Shown: positions 13,601-25,728 of the stretch, piece by piece
Position numbering within the stretch: position 1 is the first letter of the stretch
Layout: the number at the start of each line of letters is the position of its first letter
Source: Ramazzottius varieornatus
Taxonomy: Eukaryota; Animalia; Tardigrada
Reading direction: 5' to 3'
Length of the DNA stretch: 64,000 nt
NCBI GenBank assembly: GCA_001949185.1
Contig: BDGG01000002.1
Location: 5,632,448-5,696,447 of the forward strand
Notes under the pieces: model-generated
Told to the model about the DNA's origin: nothing
What the model saw: the letters and a program-made list of their open reading frames with translations, nothing else
Databases searched by the model: none
Translations under genes and position numbers: made by a program

Positions 13601-14904
13601 TGAATTATAGCCTGCCAAGTCTTACCCGATAGCACGCGAGGACTTGGGGGGTCAGCTAAAGAACTCCAGGTAGCCAAAAAAGTTGGTTGTGCCTCTTGCC
13701 TGTCCGGACTGATCAGTTTGTCCGCCGGTGCGCTTTTGAAGAGGGAATATCACTGGCAGACTGGGCTTTGATGCTTGGCGGGGAGTGAAAGCCTGCAAAA
13801 GGTGTCGAATTGTCCGACCGTGATAATAAGGGAAGGCTTAATTAACCCAACAAAGTGGATCAAAGCTTGCCGCCAACCATTTCGGACATTTCGATCAGCT
13901 CGTCTTCTTCCCCGACGTGTAGGCTTTGTCTGCTGGAAGCTCTTATCCTCAACGGTCACTTGCAAACATCTGCTCGATTACCAATTTGCCATCACTTTGC
14001 TCGTCATGCTCCACGTATATCCCGTCTTCAGTTCGAACGGTTGAGAATTTACTTTAAGCTTGTCATCCAGTGTCACTGTACACAGTGAAGGCTTACTACC
14101 ACCGTCCATAACTCTGAAGTTTTAAAAGTTAATGTCAGTTAGTATGTTTCGCGTCATTTACCTCGATCGTTCTGGTCAGACATCTAAATATCCTCGCCGA
14201 CAGCAACGTTCTCAAGTTTCGACCGCAATTCAAGCTGACGTAGTACCAGTGTCTAGAAGAAACGAAATTTGGGACGAATCTGGATATACGTAGAAACAGA
14301 AAGGTAAAGCCTTCCGTACATGAGAGCGTCTCTTTTGGGGACGATGCACGGCTTCTCTCGAAGTGATGAGTATGGAGACTTTTATCAGGAATCGAAGAGC
14401 CGCGACGTCTACTGTCACAATCTACATTAGGAGAACAGTGTGGATGGATATCAAACTGACCTGTTGAATATAAGCGGCAGTGCGACCGGAAGTCAAACAC
14501 AGAGCGGTAGATAGGAGGAAAGAAGGCTTTCGGGTTCTGCTTGATGAGAAGAGGATGATACCTTTTGTCCTTCGCGGAACGTTCCTTGTGACCGAACAGA
14601 GAAGGGAGTGCGGAACGCACAAGCGGATATCAGACAAATCGCCGAAGAAACTCGGGAAGAATCCTTTTGTAGTATTTCTGCGACTAGACAGAGGGTGACG
14701 TCATGTACAGCAACTGTAATCCAGAATGACTTGACGTCACTTCGTGTTACCTCACGGGCCAACAGCTGATCGGTGCCTCGCAAATCTTACACATAAAACT
14801 CTCTTTGAACCATTCGAGATTTCACGTTTAGCGGAGCACAACTCGTCCTGCACTTACCCGGATAGATAGTCGGAGGTATCCAAAGCAGCAAAAAGCTGCC
14901 AATC

Positions 14905-17147
14905 ATGGCCGAAGATACTCCTCTCAGCCAGGTGGACGCACTGGAGGATGCAGCGGAGTCGACTTCTGCAACTAGCGCATGCTGTGGAAATCATCCTTCT
15001 TTCGACAGAAAGGATGGAGAAGTTGACCTGAGTCCTTTAGTCGCAGTTTTGCAGTTCACAGCAACAGCGGAAAAAGAGCACAACTTTCGCATTTGCAGCG
15101 AGTTGATTCGCAAAGCCCGACGACGAGGAGTGGAGGTAAGTTTTTCTTTGTAAGTACACTATATAGTCATTCCTCAAGCAGGATTTTGCATGGTTCGCTA
15201 GCTTTCGTTTGGTATTCCACTCAAACGGCAACGTTAAAGCTCGCTCTTCTTGCCTGCAGATGGTGTTTCTACCGGAAGGATTCGATTTCCTCAGTGAGAA
15301 TGCGGCGCAAAGTACGTTCTGCACATCGGTTCTAATTGGGTCTCCAGTTGTAAATTTCTCTTCCCTACTCATCAGAGTGTCGCTTTGAGCTTGCTAGGAC
15401 TAAGTTCTGTCGCTGCCTCGTGGAGGTACGGTGTATCGATTGCAGGTATGTCCCTCTCGGAACCGTTAACTGGCCCCATCATCACGGGCTACCGGAAGTT
15501 GGCTCAAGAACTCGGTATATGGCTGTCCCTTGGAGGTTTCCATCTGAAAGACGAATGGGATAAGAAATCTCACAACTCTCACCTGATCATCGACTCTTCT
15601 GGGAATGTGATAGCAACCTACCGCAAAGCCCATTTGTGCATCCTGTCCATACCGAACAAAGTCACCCTGGATGAGAGCCTGAGTTCAATCCCAGGAACTC
15701 GAATATTACCTCCCGTGCAAAGTCCTATCGGCAAGATAGGTTTAATGTGTGTAAGTCTTCTTCTTCGAGGTTTATCGTCCTTCTTGGTTTTTATGATGGC
15801 ATTGGCGTTCGGCAAAATAGCGTAGACAGTCTGAACCTTGACCCTGATCTTCTAATAGCCTGCTGTATATACTGTTCCTTTTAGTGCTATGATCTACGGT
15901 TCCCCGAGATGGCTTCCCTGTAAGTACCCCGCTCACATTAAAACCTCCGAGTAGGTTGGCCTTTTAGGGATGACGAGCGCTTTATTTACTACACAATGTG
16001 TGTGTTTTTGTGAATCTGACTTCTTGCTTTTAGGCTGACTCATCAAGGAGCGGAAATCCTGGCGTATCCGGCAGCTTTCACCATGCAGACTGGTATCGCG
16101 CATTGGGAGGTACATATTTTCCATCAATAATATCGAAAACTGCTTCCAATGCTGCAAATGTGATGCATTCGACATCTTTCAGCCACTGTTGAAGGCCCGA
16201 GCCATCGAAAACCAGTGTTACGTGATCGCCGCTGCTCAGTACGGACAGCACAATCAGCACCGAATCTCTTACGGACACGCTATGGTATGTCAACCGAAAG
16301 CCGGAAGCGGGCTCCTTGTCATCCTTGTTGGATCACGGTCCTTTTTGTTTTGTGACATAGATCGTTGATCCTTGGGGAACGATCCTCGCGCAGTGTCAGG
16401 ACGGACCTGGCATCGCCATCGCGGAAATCAACCTGGACAGACTTCATGGCATCAGGAAAAGTATGCCGGTTCAAACCCATCGCCGAACGGACTTGTACCG
16501 CTTGTCCATGGGTCCTGTCAACCACTTCGATCCTAGTCGTGAAACCTATAAGTTCGGACATATCGATATACAAAGTGGGAAAGTCTTCTACGAGACAGCT
16601 CTATCCGTTGCCTTCGTTAATTTGAAACCCATCCGACCTGGCCGTAAGTCTAGATGAGAATTACGTACCTCAAGACGCCCGCTTTTATGGGTTCTTTGAT
16701 GTTTAAGATGTTCTGATGATACCAAAGCGCTCCGTGGAAAGATTCACGAATCTCACGCATGAAGAAATCTCAGATCTGTTCGAGATGACACAAGCTGTGA
16801 TGAAGATGTTGGAGAAAAAGTATGGAGCTGCTGCTTCCACCATCGCCGTCCAAGTACGTACTGTCTGTAGTATTTGCACAACGGGGTTCTCGCGAACGTA
16901 TATCGTACAGTGTTGTCTAAGTGGTTTGTGATGATGACAGGATGGTCACGATGCCGGCCAGACGGTGAAGCATGTACACGTTCATCTTATTCCGCGAACT
17001 CCTGGCGATTTCGATGAAGACGATATCTACAAAGAGCTAGAAAGTCGCGACAGGGAGAAGGTCCGGCAAGCACGCGTAAGCACAGATATGGAAGCGGAAG
17101 CCAGAGAATATAAAAGTTTGTTGTATTGTAATGGCTTGAAGATATAG
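14905..17147 (+). CDS. NitFhit: NitFhit: nitrilase (Nit1) - fragile histidine triad fusion protein
   Basis: About 9 exons. Nitrilase catalytic motifs are [14 protein letters not shown] and CYDLRFPE, plus [15 protein letters not shown]. These are followed in frame by a HIT domain: [42 protein letters not shown]. Confidence 0.93.
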
Positions 17148-17680
17148 TCAAGTTTACTGACTCGTTATAAGTTTGAATTTCATCTTTTACCCGATGTGGT
17201 TTGTGAACCGCCGTTAGTTGAAGAATCCCAGTTTTTGAACTCGACTAGAATTCTATTTGAATTTGTTACGCAAAGGTCTCAACGATGAGGGGACTAATTG
17301 GGTGCAAAATAGAAAGTGCCTTATAATATACACAAAGTCTAATCGCCCCGAAAACAAAAAGTAAAATCTTTGTGAGCAAGCTGTTTGCAAAAATACTATG
17401 GACTCGCAAAAAAGCGAAACTTTCGAAACAAGTAAACCAGTAACATCGATAAAACTATATACTGTACAGTAAAATACATCTAAGCGGCATATCCACTTAG
17501 GCTAACGTGGCAGCTAAAGGTTAAGAACAAATCTTGGCGCATTCTTTGTTCCCGCAAGATACCTGGCTGACTGTGGACTGTGAAGCCACACTGGAAGATC
17601 CACAGAAGAGGTAGAAGCTGGTATGTACAGTACTATACGTAAACCCACCACGCGGATAATATCGCTGACGAAGTACCTGT

Positions 17681-19485
17681 CTACTGGTCTGGTGGCGCAT
17701 ACACGACAAGTCGAATCTAAAAGTAACAAATAGTAAAGTTACGGAGACGCCGCGACTTTTATGTGGATGTTGAACAATCAAATCACAAACGCTACTCTCA
17801 CCTTTCCGTTGCTTTCTACGATTTTGCTGGCGACATCTTTGTGGCTTTTCTCGAATACCACAAAGTCGTTCACAGAATACAGGAACTGACCAACCTGTAA
17901 AAACGCGGATGTTAAACAAGTACGATTGTCGGCCAAGGGTTGCGCACAGAAAAAAGGAATTCAACTTTTATCAGACTAGTACCTACTCGCACCTTGATTC
18001 CGGCTTTGAAGGCAGGTCCGTCGGGATCGACAGTTTGGATGTGACAAGGAGAAGCTCCACGCAGCACAAATCCATACCCAACCTACAGGACGACAGTTTT
18101 GCAGCATGCCTTTCACAAAAACAAGGACCCACTCACCGCATCCGATTCCACCTGCACGAACTTCCGGACGTATCCAGAGTCCGGTTCCAGAATGTGCTCC
18201 TTAGTCGGCTTGTACGGGTTTGGTGGTCTATAAGGATTCGTAGCTACAGTCGGCGACGTGGATCCATGACTGGACGCATCGCTAAATGACACCGGTGATT
18301 TCGATCCGTTCTCTACAATAATAATCGGTATTGTTGGATGCCGAAACTAAGCTTGCATCTGCCTTCGTATCATTCACACTCAAAGATGACCTACCATCAA
18401 AGCCCGGATAAATTTCATACGCAGAAGTTAGCTTGGGCAAAAACTTGATGTTTTGCAGAGCAGCTTGTTTCTGGACGTTGGGAAGCAGGAACAAATCGTG
18501 TAGGCGTCGCTTATAGTTGAAATCAAAAGCAAACCGGTATAGCATGTCCGAATTCTTAAACTTCGACGAATTAGCACCGTCCACTGCAATGAAAAGATTC
18601 GAGATTACATCAAATAGTAGATGCAGAGGAAGATACAGCCAGTTTTACCCCAATGGAGAAGTCCGCAGTCCAGAAGCTGCTGACAAGCCACCAGTGCGTC
18701 CTCCAGGGACCTCGCTTCCCCCTTCTTGATCAGCCATTGCGTAAAGTCACAACCTCGAAAGCTATCTCGCTGGAGAGCGCTGCCGAGAGGCGATGTCGGT
18801 TTGGTTCTTAGACAAGATCCAGGCTCCGAATGTAGTCTGTCAAATAGGCGTTGTCCAAAGAAGAACAGACGCGTCACTAAACAAAAAAACGTAAAGCTCG
18901 TCCAGGTATATTGTAACACTGATAAGTTAAAATTTCCGGCCATGATTCACGAACCCTGAGTTGCGGGGAACGTAGAATCGTCTTGGCGGAAGCGGAAAAG
19001 TAATGGCTGATCTTTGAAGACGGCCGAATCGCTCACTATTAAGGGAAAGACATTACTGCAAACATGTTGTGCTTGGGTTCGAACTATCAAACTTCAATGA
19101 TGTACTAGACGTGGATAAAGTTCCAGTATACGTGGTCTCACCGTGATGGATGATGCTGCTATGTTGGAGAATGTTCATGAGGAAAAGTGCTGCTTGCCTA
19201 CTAGGAGCTTCGTTCTCCTCTATCAACCAGTCCAAAGTCTCATTGGCGACGAAGCAGCACTTGTAGGTCTTTAGGATATTCAAATTATGCCTTCTTTCCT
19301 TCACCAAGTTTGGAGCCAAGTGCATTCGGTACCTGTAAAACAGAGCAGCTTTAGAGTGAGCTTTCACACACCGAGTCTTGCTGTATATAAGGCTCCATTA
19401 CGAGTTCTGACGCCATAGGTTTTTACCTCAGTTGCTCTCCAATTGCCAACACCTCAAAATCTTCCGCTAGATGATCCAAATCCAT
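17681..19485 (-). CDS. DEPTOR: DEP domain-containing mTOR-interacting protein (DEP-DEP-linker-PDZ)
   Basis: Spliced reading: MDLDHLAEDFEVLAIGEQLR|YRMH...KERRHNL...YKCCFVANETLDWLIE...IIHH|...FKDQPLLFRFRQDDSTFP|...GQRLFDRL...FTQWLIKKGEA...|...YVRKFVQVESDA|VGYGFVLRGASPCHIQTVDPDGPAFKAGIK|VGQFLYSVN. This matches vertebrate DEPTOR motifs in order. The last exon (17716-17681) is inferred. Confidence 0.88.
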
Positions 19486-21148
19486 GGTATCCGTCCAGAG
19501 TCTACGATTTTACCAGAGAGGCAAGTATAGCTCCGTGCGAGCATGTGTTTCCAAACGCTGAACGAACTTCCTGATCGGCTTGGCACCTGCAACACCGTCA
19601 ACGACAACAATTTGCATAACCCGTCTTAACCAAAGCGCTGAGCGGCCATAATGCCTGCATGCATATTTCCACTTACTCGACAGAGCAGATACGATCCTTG
19701 ACATCAATTGTACAGAACAATGCATGCAAACGTGATGCTTTGGCATCGATGACAGCGCCTATGCAAGAAACATGGTCAAGCAGTCGCGTCTTCCGTTCAC
19801 CACTGCGCGCAAAAAGACTGTCTCAACCGGGATGACATCCAAGTCTGCGGAAGACGATAAAACAACCCAGCAGATCCAGTGCAGTATATCTGGGGACCGC
19901 GGAAGATCGTAGTTTAGACAGGGCCTCCAGGCAGACGGAATCGCCCAGCAAAAACAGAGCTCAAACTCCATCCATCAGCTGCCACCTGACTCAAGCTGAC
20001 GAACAGTAGCATGAACTTAAAACCTTATCTTTGCATCTTCCACAACACTTGTTGTCTCAGGCTCCAGCTCAGCGCACCAGCAACAAAGAAGACCATCGAA
20101 GGAAGAAAGTTACGGACAGGTAACGCGGTTAAACTTCACCTTGCTGCATTTAGATCATCTGACTAAATCTGACTAACAAATATTACGTAAACATATGGCC
20201 GTATACGGATTACCCCATCATTTTCATAAAGGATCAAAACAACACTGGTACGCAATATCCACGTGCTACGCACTTTGATAACGACGTGCTCGGGTCATAT
20301 GACTTGTTACGACATGGATCAGCATTCTAACTGGTCTTCCCACGCCCCGGGCCAGAGGGATGGGCTGCTGCGGTACGGAAAGCTCAGCTGAGTATGCGAG
20401 ACGGTATTCCGAACATTCCACACGTACCGCCTCGCCCCCGAGTAAGATCAGTAGAGTACAGCGTCGCTTCTGTAGAACCAGCACTCGTACAAAGTCACTA
20501 CAAACGTGCGGCAGCTTCCATTCATAAATTAGCTAAGCTGTGCGGGGCACTCCTTAAATAATTTGAGCAGACTAGCTGGCTCCGATCCCGACAGATTCTT
20601 CCGATTCCTTCAACAGCGCGTATCAGGTACCGTGGAGACTTTCCTGAAGACCTGGATGGAACCCACACTCTTTTGATAATTTCAAGCGCTCTTTGGGAGC
20701 AGGAAGATGTGCTGACGGAGCTTCGACGCTCGAAAGCTCCTGCTTTGTTGTCCTTCCTGACGTTGGAGACGATACGAGGGAAGTTTCTTTGTAGATGCGT
20801 CCTGCCCGAGCTGGAGGAGCCTTCCGCATGTCTTGTTGATCCTGTCCATTTACCGGTCCCGGTTGTTGTTGTTTCCCTTATTTGTTCAGGTCGTCCAGCA
20901 CACAGGCAAAGTCGACGTAAGTCGTGTCATCGTTTCCTTATTTTTCTCCTGCTGAATGTAATTTTGTTGCCATCTTATGGGACATTTTGTTTCCTTCCAG
21001 CTTTGGAGCCTTCACAGAGTACAATCATTGCCACTGTAAGTCCGGCAAGGTGCTCTGTCATTTTTATCACCGAATGCAGGTACTTTGACTAAGCCTGTGG
21101 CTGTGTGTAGGGGCGGCGCTGACTGCGTTTCCGTTATACAAAGTAAAG

Positions 21149-23487
21149 ATGGATTACCACATCTGTTCTGGTGAGTGGCTACGAGACCAGCTGGAACGTC
21201 CCTTCCCTTCTGTCCTGGTCCTGGACTGTCGTTCTCACTGTGATTACCAGAAAGGCCATATTCACACGTCCATTAATGTTACTCTGCCAGCGCTGATGCT
21301 GAAACGTCTCATCAATGGATCCCTCTCAGTTCCCGCTGTGATCAAATGCCAGCAAGCTCGTGATGTTTTCCTGGCTCATTGGAAGACCGACTGCATTTGT
21401 CTCTACGACGAAGCTTCATCAGACCCTCCCATGGATTCGACTAACAGTATTATGAAAACGCTGGGCGAGAAGCTGCGAGCGGAAGGCTGCAAGGTTTTCT
21501 TTCTGGCAGGTAAAGTCACTTCCTCCTACTGCATTTTTCGTTCTCAACCGATGCATCATACCGGTGATTAGCACATTCCGTTAGAGTGTGTCTAGTTTTG
21601 CAGGCTTAAGTGACTAGCAGAACAGACTGAGAGAAGCTTCAACTGATCCGTCGGGAGGACAGAATTTTGAATCCCGATGTAGTGAAGTAGCAATTCTACC
21701 AAGTTAGCAAGGTTCCATTTCGAAAAAGTCACTCTGAACTATGACGCAAGGCTAACAGAGATTCGAAGTTTCCCTTCATGAAGGAACCATAGACCATCGT
21801 CGAGTTTGTGACAAGAATGGCTCAGATTTCGATGAAAAGTTCCATTCAGCAAAATCTGTGAATGTATGACAGCGTAGGTTGCTCCAAGAGATGCTTGTTC
21901 CTGGTTATGGCAAGCAAGCTGAAGCACGCAGTTGCGCGAAGGAGAGCGAGCAGGGTTTGAGAGGAACGGTACACATCGATTTCCAGCCAGCTGAAAGCGG
22001 CTCACTGTGAGGAAGATTGGGATTGAAGGGATGAAGGGATGGGCTTGACGTGTGCACTTATTCTGTATGATCGACTTCGCCTTTGACAATGTCGTAATTC
22101 CACAGGACTTTCCCCGTAAATTGCCTGTTGTTATTAGTCATACAGCGTGAAGTTCATCCCCTTCGATCCAGGGAAAAAAGAAGCTGCACCTCTACCGTTT
22201 CACCACATAGATCAATTTAATCGATACTTTCATATTCAATAAAAATGACATTTACGAGAAATATCTTCCTTATTCCCTGTTCCTGATTTCCAACCTCGTT
22301 TATTTTCAACAATCCCGTCATTCAATAATGTTCTATCTACCGCAACAGTCATGCCGGTTACCTAACTTTAGTGACTGATTATGTTTGTTTGTGATTAGGG
22401 GAGATGGATTAATATCGATTTTTTCTCCAGGTGGATACGAGACGTTCAGCGAATGCTATCCGGACCTGTGCATCGTCACCCAGCCGAATGTGACCGACAA
22501 GGCTGTGTTGGGTCTTCAGAACCTGACCATTGGGATCAGCAGTAGTAACAATGAGATTAACGAGCTGGGCGAATGCGACAGCGGTTTCTCCAAAGACTCC
22601 GACACGCAGCGCGACTCTTGGCACGGTGTCGAGCTCTTCCAGATTCTTCCGCATCTGTACTTGGGCAACGCAGAGACGGCCGGCGATCTCAAGACTCTGC
22701 AAGATCGCAACATTCGCTTCATCCTGAATGTCACACCGAACTTACCCAACGCTTTCGAAACGGAAAAGGATCTGGGCTTCACCTACATGCAGATTCCCAT
22801 CCAAGACTGCCTCGGAGAGAACCTCGCAGCCTACTTCGACGACGCCATTGAGTTCATAGGTTAGTATGGCTCCGAAATTATAGCTTTGTGATTTCAATTA
22901 TTCTGAATGAAATCTCGAAGATGGGCAGACAGCTTAGAAACCGCCTCTCGTATCTGCGTACATGCTCATCGTGCTGAATACGAGTGTTGCGGTGTGCAGG
23001 TTGACGCACAGTTTGCGGATCTTGGCTACTTTACTTCCTGATTGAAGTTTTTGAACGGTTTACTATGTTTTGACCACTCAGACTCAATGAACAGAGCCCT
23101 TCGCACGTTATATGAATCGTTTATACGCACGTTTGTTTTGCAGAGAAAGCTCGTCGCAATAATTTTGGCTGTTTGGTCCACTGTCGCGCTGGGATCAGTC
23201 GTAGCGTTACGGTAACAGTTGCCTATCTCATGCAGAAGTATTCGGTGCCTATGAACAGCGCTTACGATTTCGTCAAACGCAAGAAAGCCAACGTCTCTCC
23301 CAACTTCAACTTCATGGGCCAGTTGCTGGAGTTTGAGCGTCGTCTGAACATCACGGCGAACTGTCGCGCGGTTCCTCAAAGTGCTGACGAAGGTATCCCG
23401 TGGACACCCGAGAAGTCTCCTCTACCTTTAGACGGCGTCTTGGCCGGAAGTCCCACCACTCTTCAGTCCCAACAGGCACAGCTTTGA
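21149..23487 (+). CDS. Mkp3: Dual-specificity MAP kinase phosphatase, DUSP6/7/9 (MKP3) family
   Basis: Exons 21149-21509, 22431-22859, 23144-23487. Rhodanese/CH2 domain with kinase-interaction motif (LDCRS...GHI...LMLKRL). Catalytic domain has [18 protein letters not shown] and [15 protein letters not shown]. Confidence 0.92.
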
Positions 23488-24284
23488 CCAGAACATCACT
23501 AAAGAACGCTATCAGAAGAATATGGTGCGTGAAAGGATGGTTTGACCATATTTGCCGGATGTACTTACGCTTTGTAACTACGGTGAACTTCGTTTCAGGT
23601 TTGGCTTTTCTCCCGAGTTAGGTAAAGTATTGATCAAGTGCCTGCAAAATCTCACCTCCTAAATTAGTCTACTGGCTCAACGTTAAAGTCTGAAAAGCGA
23701 GCATTCTGTCTTCGAGAAGATGCGCTGTTTATGTGTTTCAGTTCCATCTTCACTTCCTTCTTGCACAAGAGTTTGTATTTAGGAATCAGTTTCTTCTTTC
23801 CCTGTTTGGGACTTCAGGCACTACGAAGTACCCAGCGTGTTACTGCTGCATCCTCTTTTCCCTCGACATACTAGCCATGACTTCTTCTTGTGCACAAGAC
23901 CAGTTTTGGTTGAAACGGCTCTCAAGTGGACAACTTTTTGTCCACTGAGTTTTGTAGCTTGATCTAAAACCCCTTTTTGTGTATTCGTGGTTTTACCCTG
24001 AAACTCTTTGCGGGCAGTATTTTTTGCCACATAGTCCTGATTTTGCAGGTAAAAATTACCAAATAAAAATTAACAAGTACACAGAATCTCTTTGAAACTT
24101 TATTTACTGAACCATGGTTCACTGGATAGTTTCCAGTCTGGCGTTCTTAATTCCATCGAAGAGCAAGGTGGAGTCTACTCTAAGCAAGGATGAAACTGCA
24201 TTAGATGACGCATCGTTCTTGATCAGAAGATTCTCATCATCGAGCAGAACGTCGGACGAACAGAGCATTCTGAATAGATATTGT

Positions 24285-24935
24285 CTAATGTCCTGTAACG
24301 GCATGCTTGAGGGCATCGACGGCATGAGTGACCGCTGCCGTTACTCTGCCAATCACCGTTGTGGGAGCAGCGGGCTTATTCTTTCCGGAAATCTGGGCTA
24401 AGATGGCTGTCCTCTTATCCATGTTGTGCTTGACGTGGGCTTTGAGGTTGGCTTTTCTTACGAACCTCAAATTCCTCAGGTACTTAGGATCCACCTGAAA
24501 TGAGTACACAGACCGTGGTTAGTTCTGTGAGGAACACAGAACGGACACGGGAAGGAACAGCAAGATCACGTCGCAGCTAGAAATGCCATCTTATGGGAAC
24601 TCAGTAAGATGGTTCTGCCAGGTGGCGCATATTTCCACTGTCATTGGCTAAAAACGTGCGCCACTTGGAAAAACTTATCCTGACGAGCTTGTTCGGCCTA
24701 GGTCCCGTACTCCTGATGATTCAAACATCGACACAAAATCTTACCCCCTTCTTAACCATGTAGCGGGATGTCTTAGGTCTGTGGATTCCATTGCGATGAT
24801 CCTTTCGGTCTGGAAGATAACTCGAAGCATACAGTCTGCGTTCCGGACGAAGTAGTCTTTCCGTTACACTATAAGACAATCAGGGACGTCGCACTTACTC
24901 TGGTTATGGGCGGTGTGATTCTTCGACTTGGCCAT
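24285..24935 (-). CDS. RPL29: 60S ribosomal protein eL29 with C-terminal extension
   Basis: Exons ~24935-24899, 24809-24745, 24494-24285 give MAKSKNHTAHNQ|NRKDHRNGIHRPKTSRY...KG|VDPKYLRNLRF. Confidence 0.95.
24607..24680. repeat. Intronic palindromic element, copy D (RPL29 intron)
   Basis: AGAT...CAGGTGGCGCA(24619)...TGCGCCACTTG(24667)GAAAAAC; core 49 nt. Confidence 0.8.
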
Positions 24936-25728
24936 GTCTGAGTCCTGGAAATAAAGGGAATGCGATCCTCCCGGGAAACCAGAAGATAGGATAAACAGAG
25001 GGGAAGGAAACTTCGCTTCCGATGATGTCGGCAACCTCGACTAAAGTTTCTGCAGTCTGCAAGAACCACAGACAGGTACCGGTGCACCACGAAATTATCC
25101 AGCTGGTGCACACTCGGTCTGCGCAGAGTTTTGGCAAGCCATCCGGTGGTCTATTTGCTAATGAAGACTCGATCTGCTGATTGATTGATTCGATACCCAC
25201 CGTTAATCAATTACTGGATGTCGTAATGTCGAAAGGGTAGCTCTCCCAGCTCGCGATTTCCCCACTGACCGCCACCGAGGACCGAGATGCAGTTCTCCAA
25301 TGCAGGTTAACGGTTTTACTGACAGAATTACGAGACAATCAGTTCGAGTTAGCAACAAACAAGCAAACCAGGATGGAGGATGTACAAGTGAGAAACTGCA
25401 ATAAATTAGTTAGACCTTTGGTATCGCTATTCGCTAGTAGAGGACGAAAGATCCGAGAAGCTAGCTGCCAAACAAAAGCTGTATGAAACGTAAGTTATCA
25501 CACGTTCGTCACATCAAGCAAAGTTCGGGAAACATGATTAAAATGAGAATAGTTTCTTGTGCAGGTCGACGCTGATGAACGGGGAGCCACGTAGGAACTG
25601 CGTAGTCCGCACCATACATTAATAAAAGAATCGACCGGGATCGCGCGACAGCTCGCACCAATCGGCCGCACAGCAAAATATAAAACATTCTGAATGAGAA
25701 TTTTAGCCTGAATTATTACTCGGTATCA

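Noticed and set aside
24985-25012. Pyrimidine tract upstream of RPL29 as a 5'TOP/TCT start
   Set aside because: A splice acceptor (TTATTTCCAG) sits just before the ATG, so the tract may be intronic, and the TSS cannot be placed.
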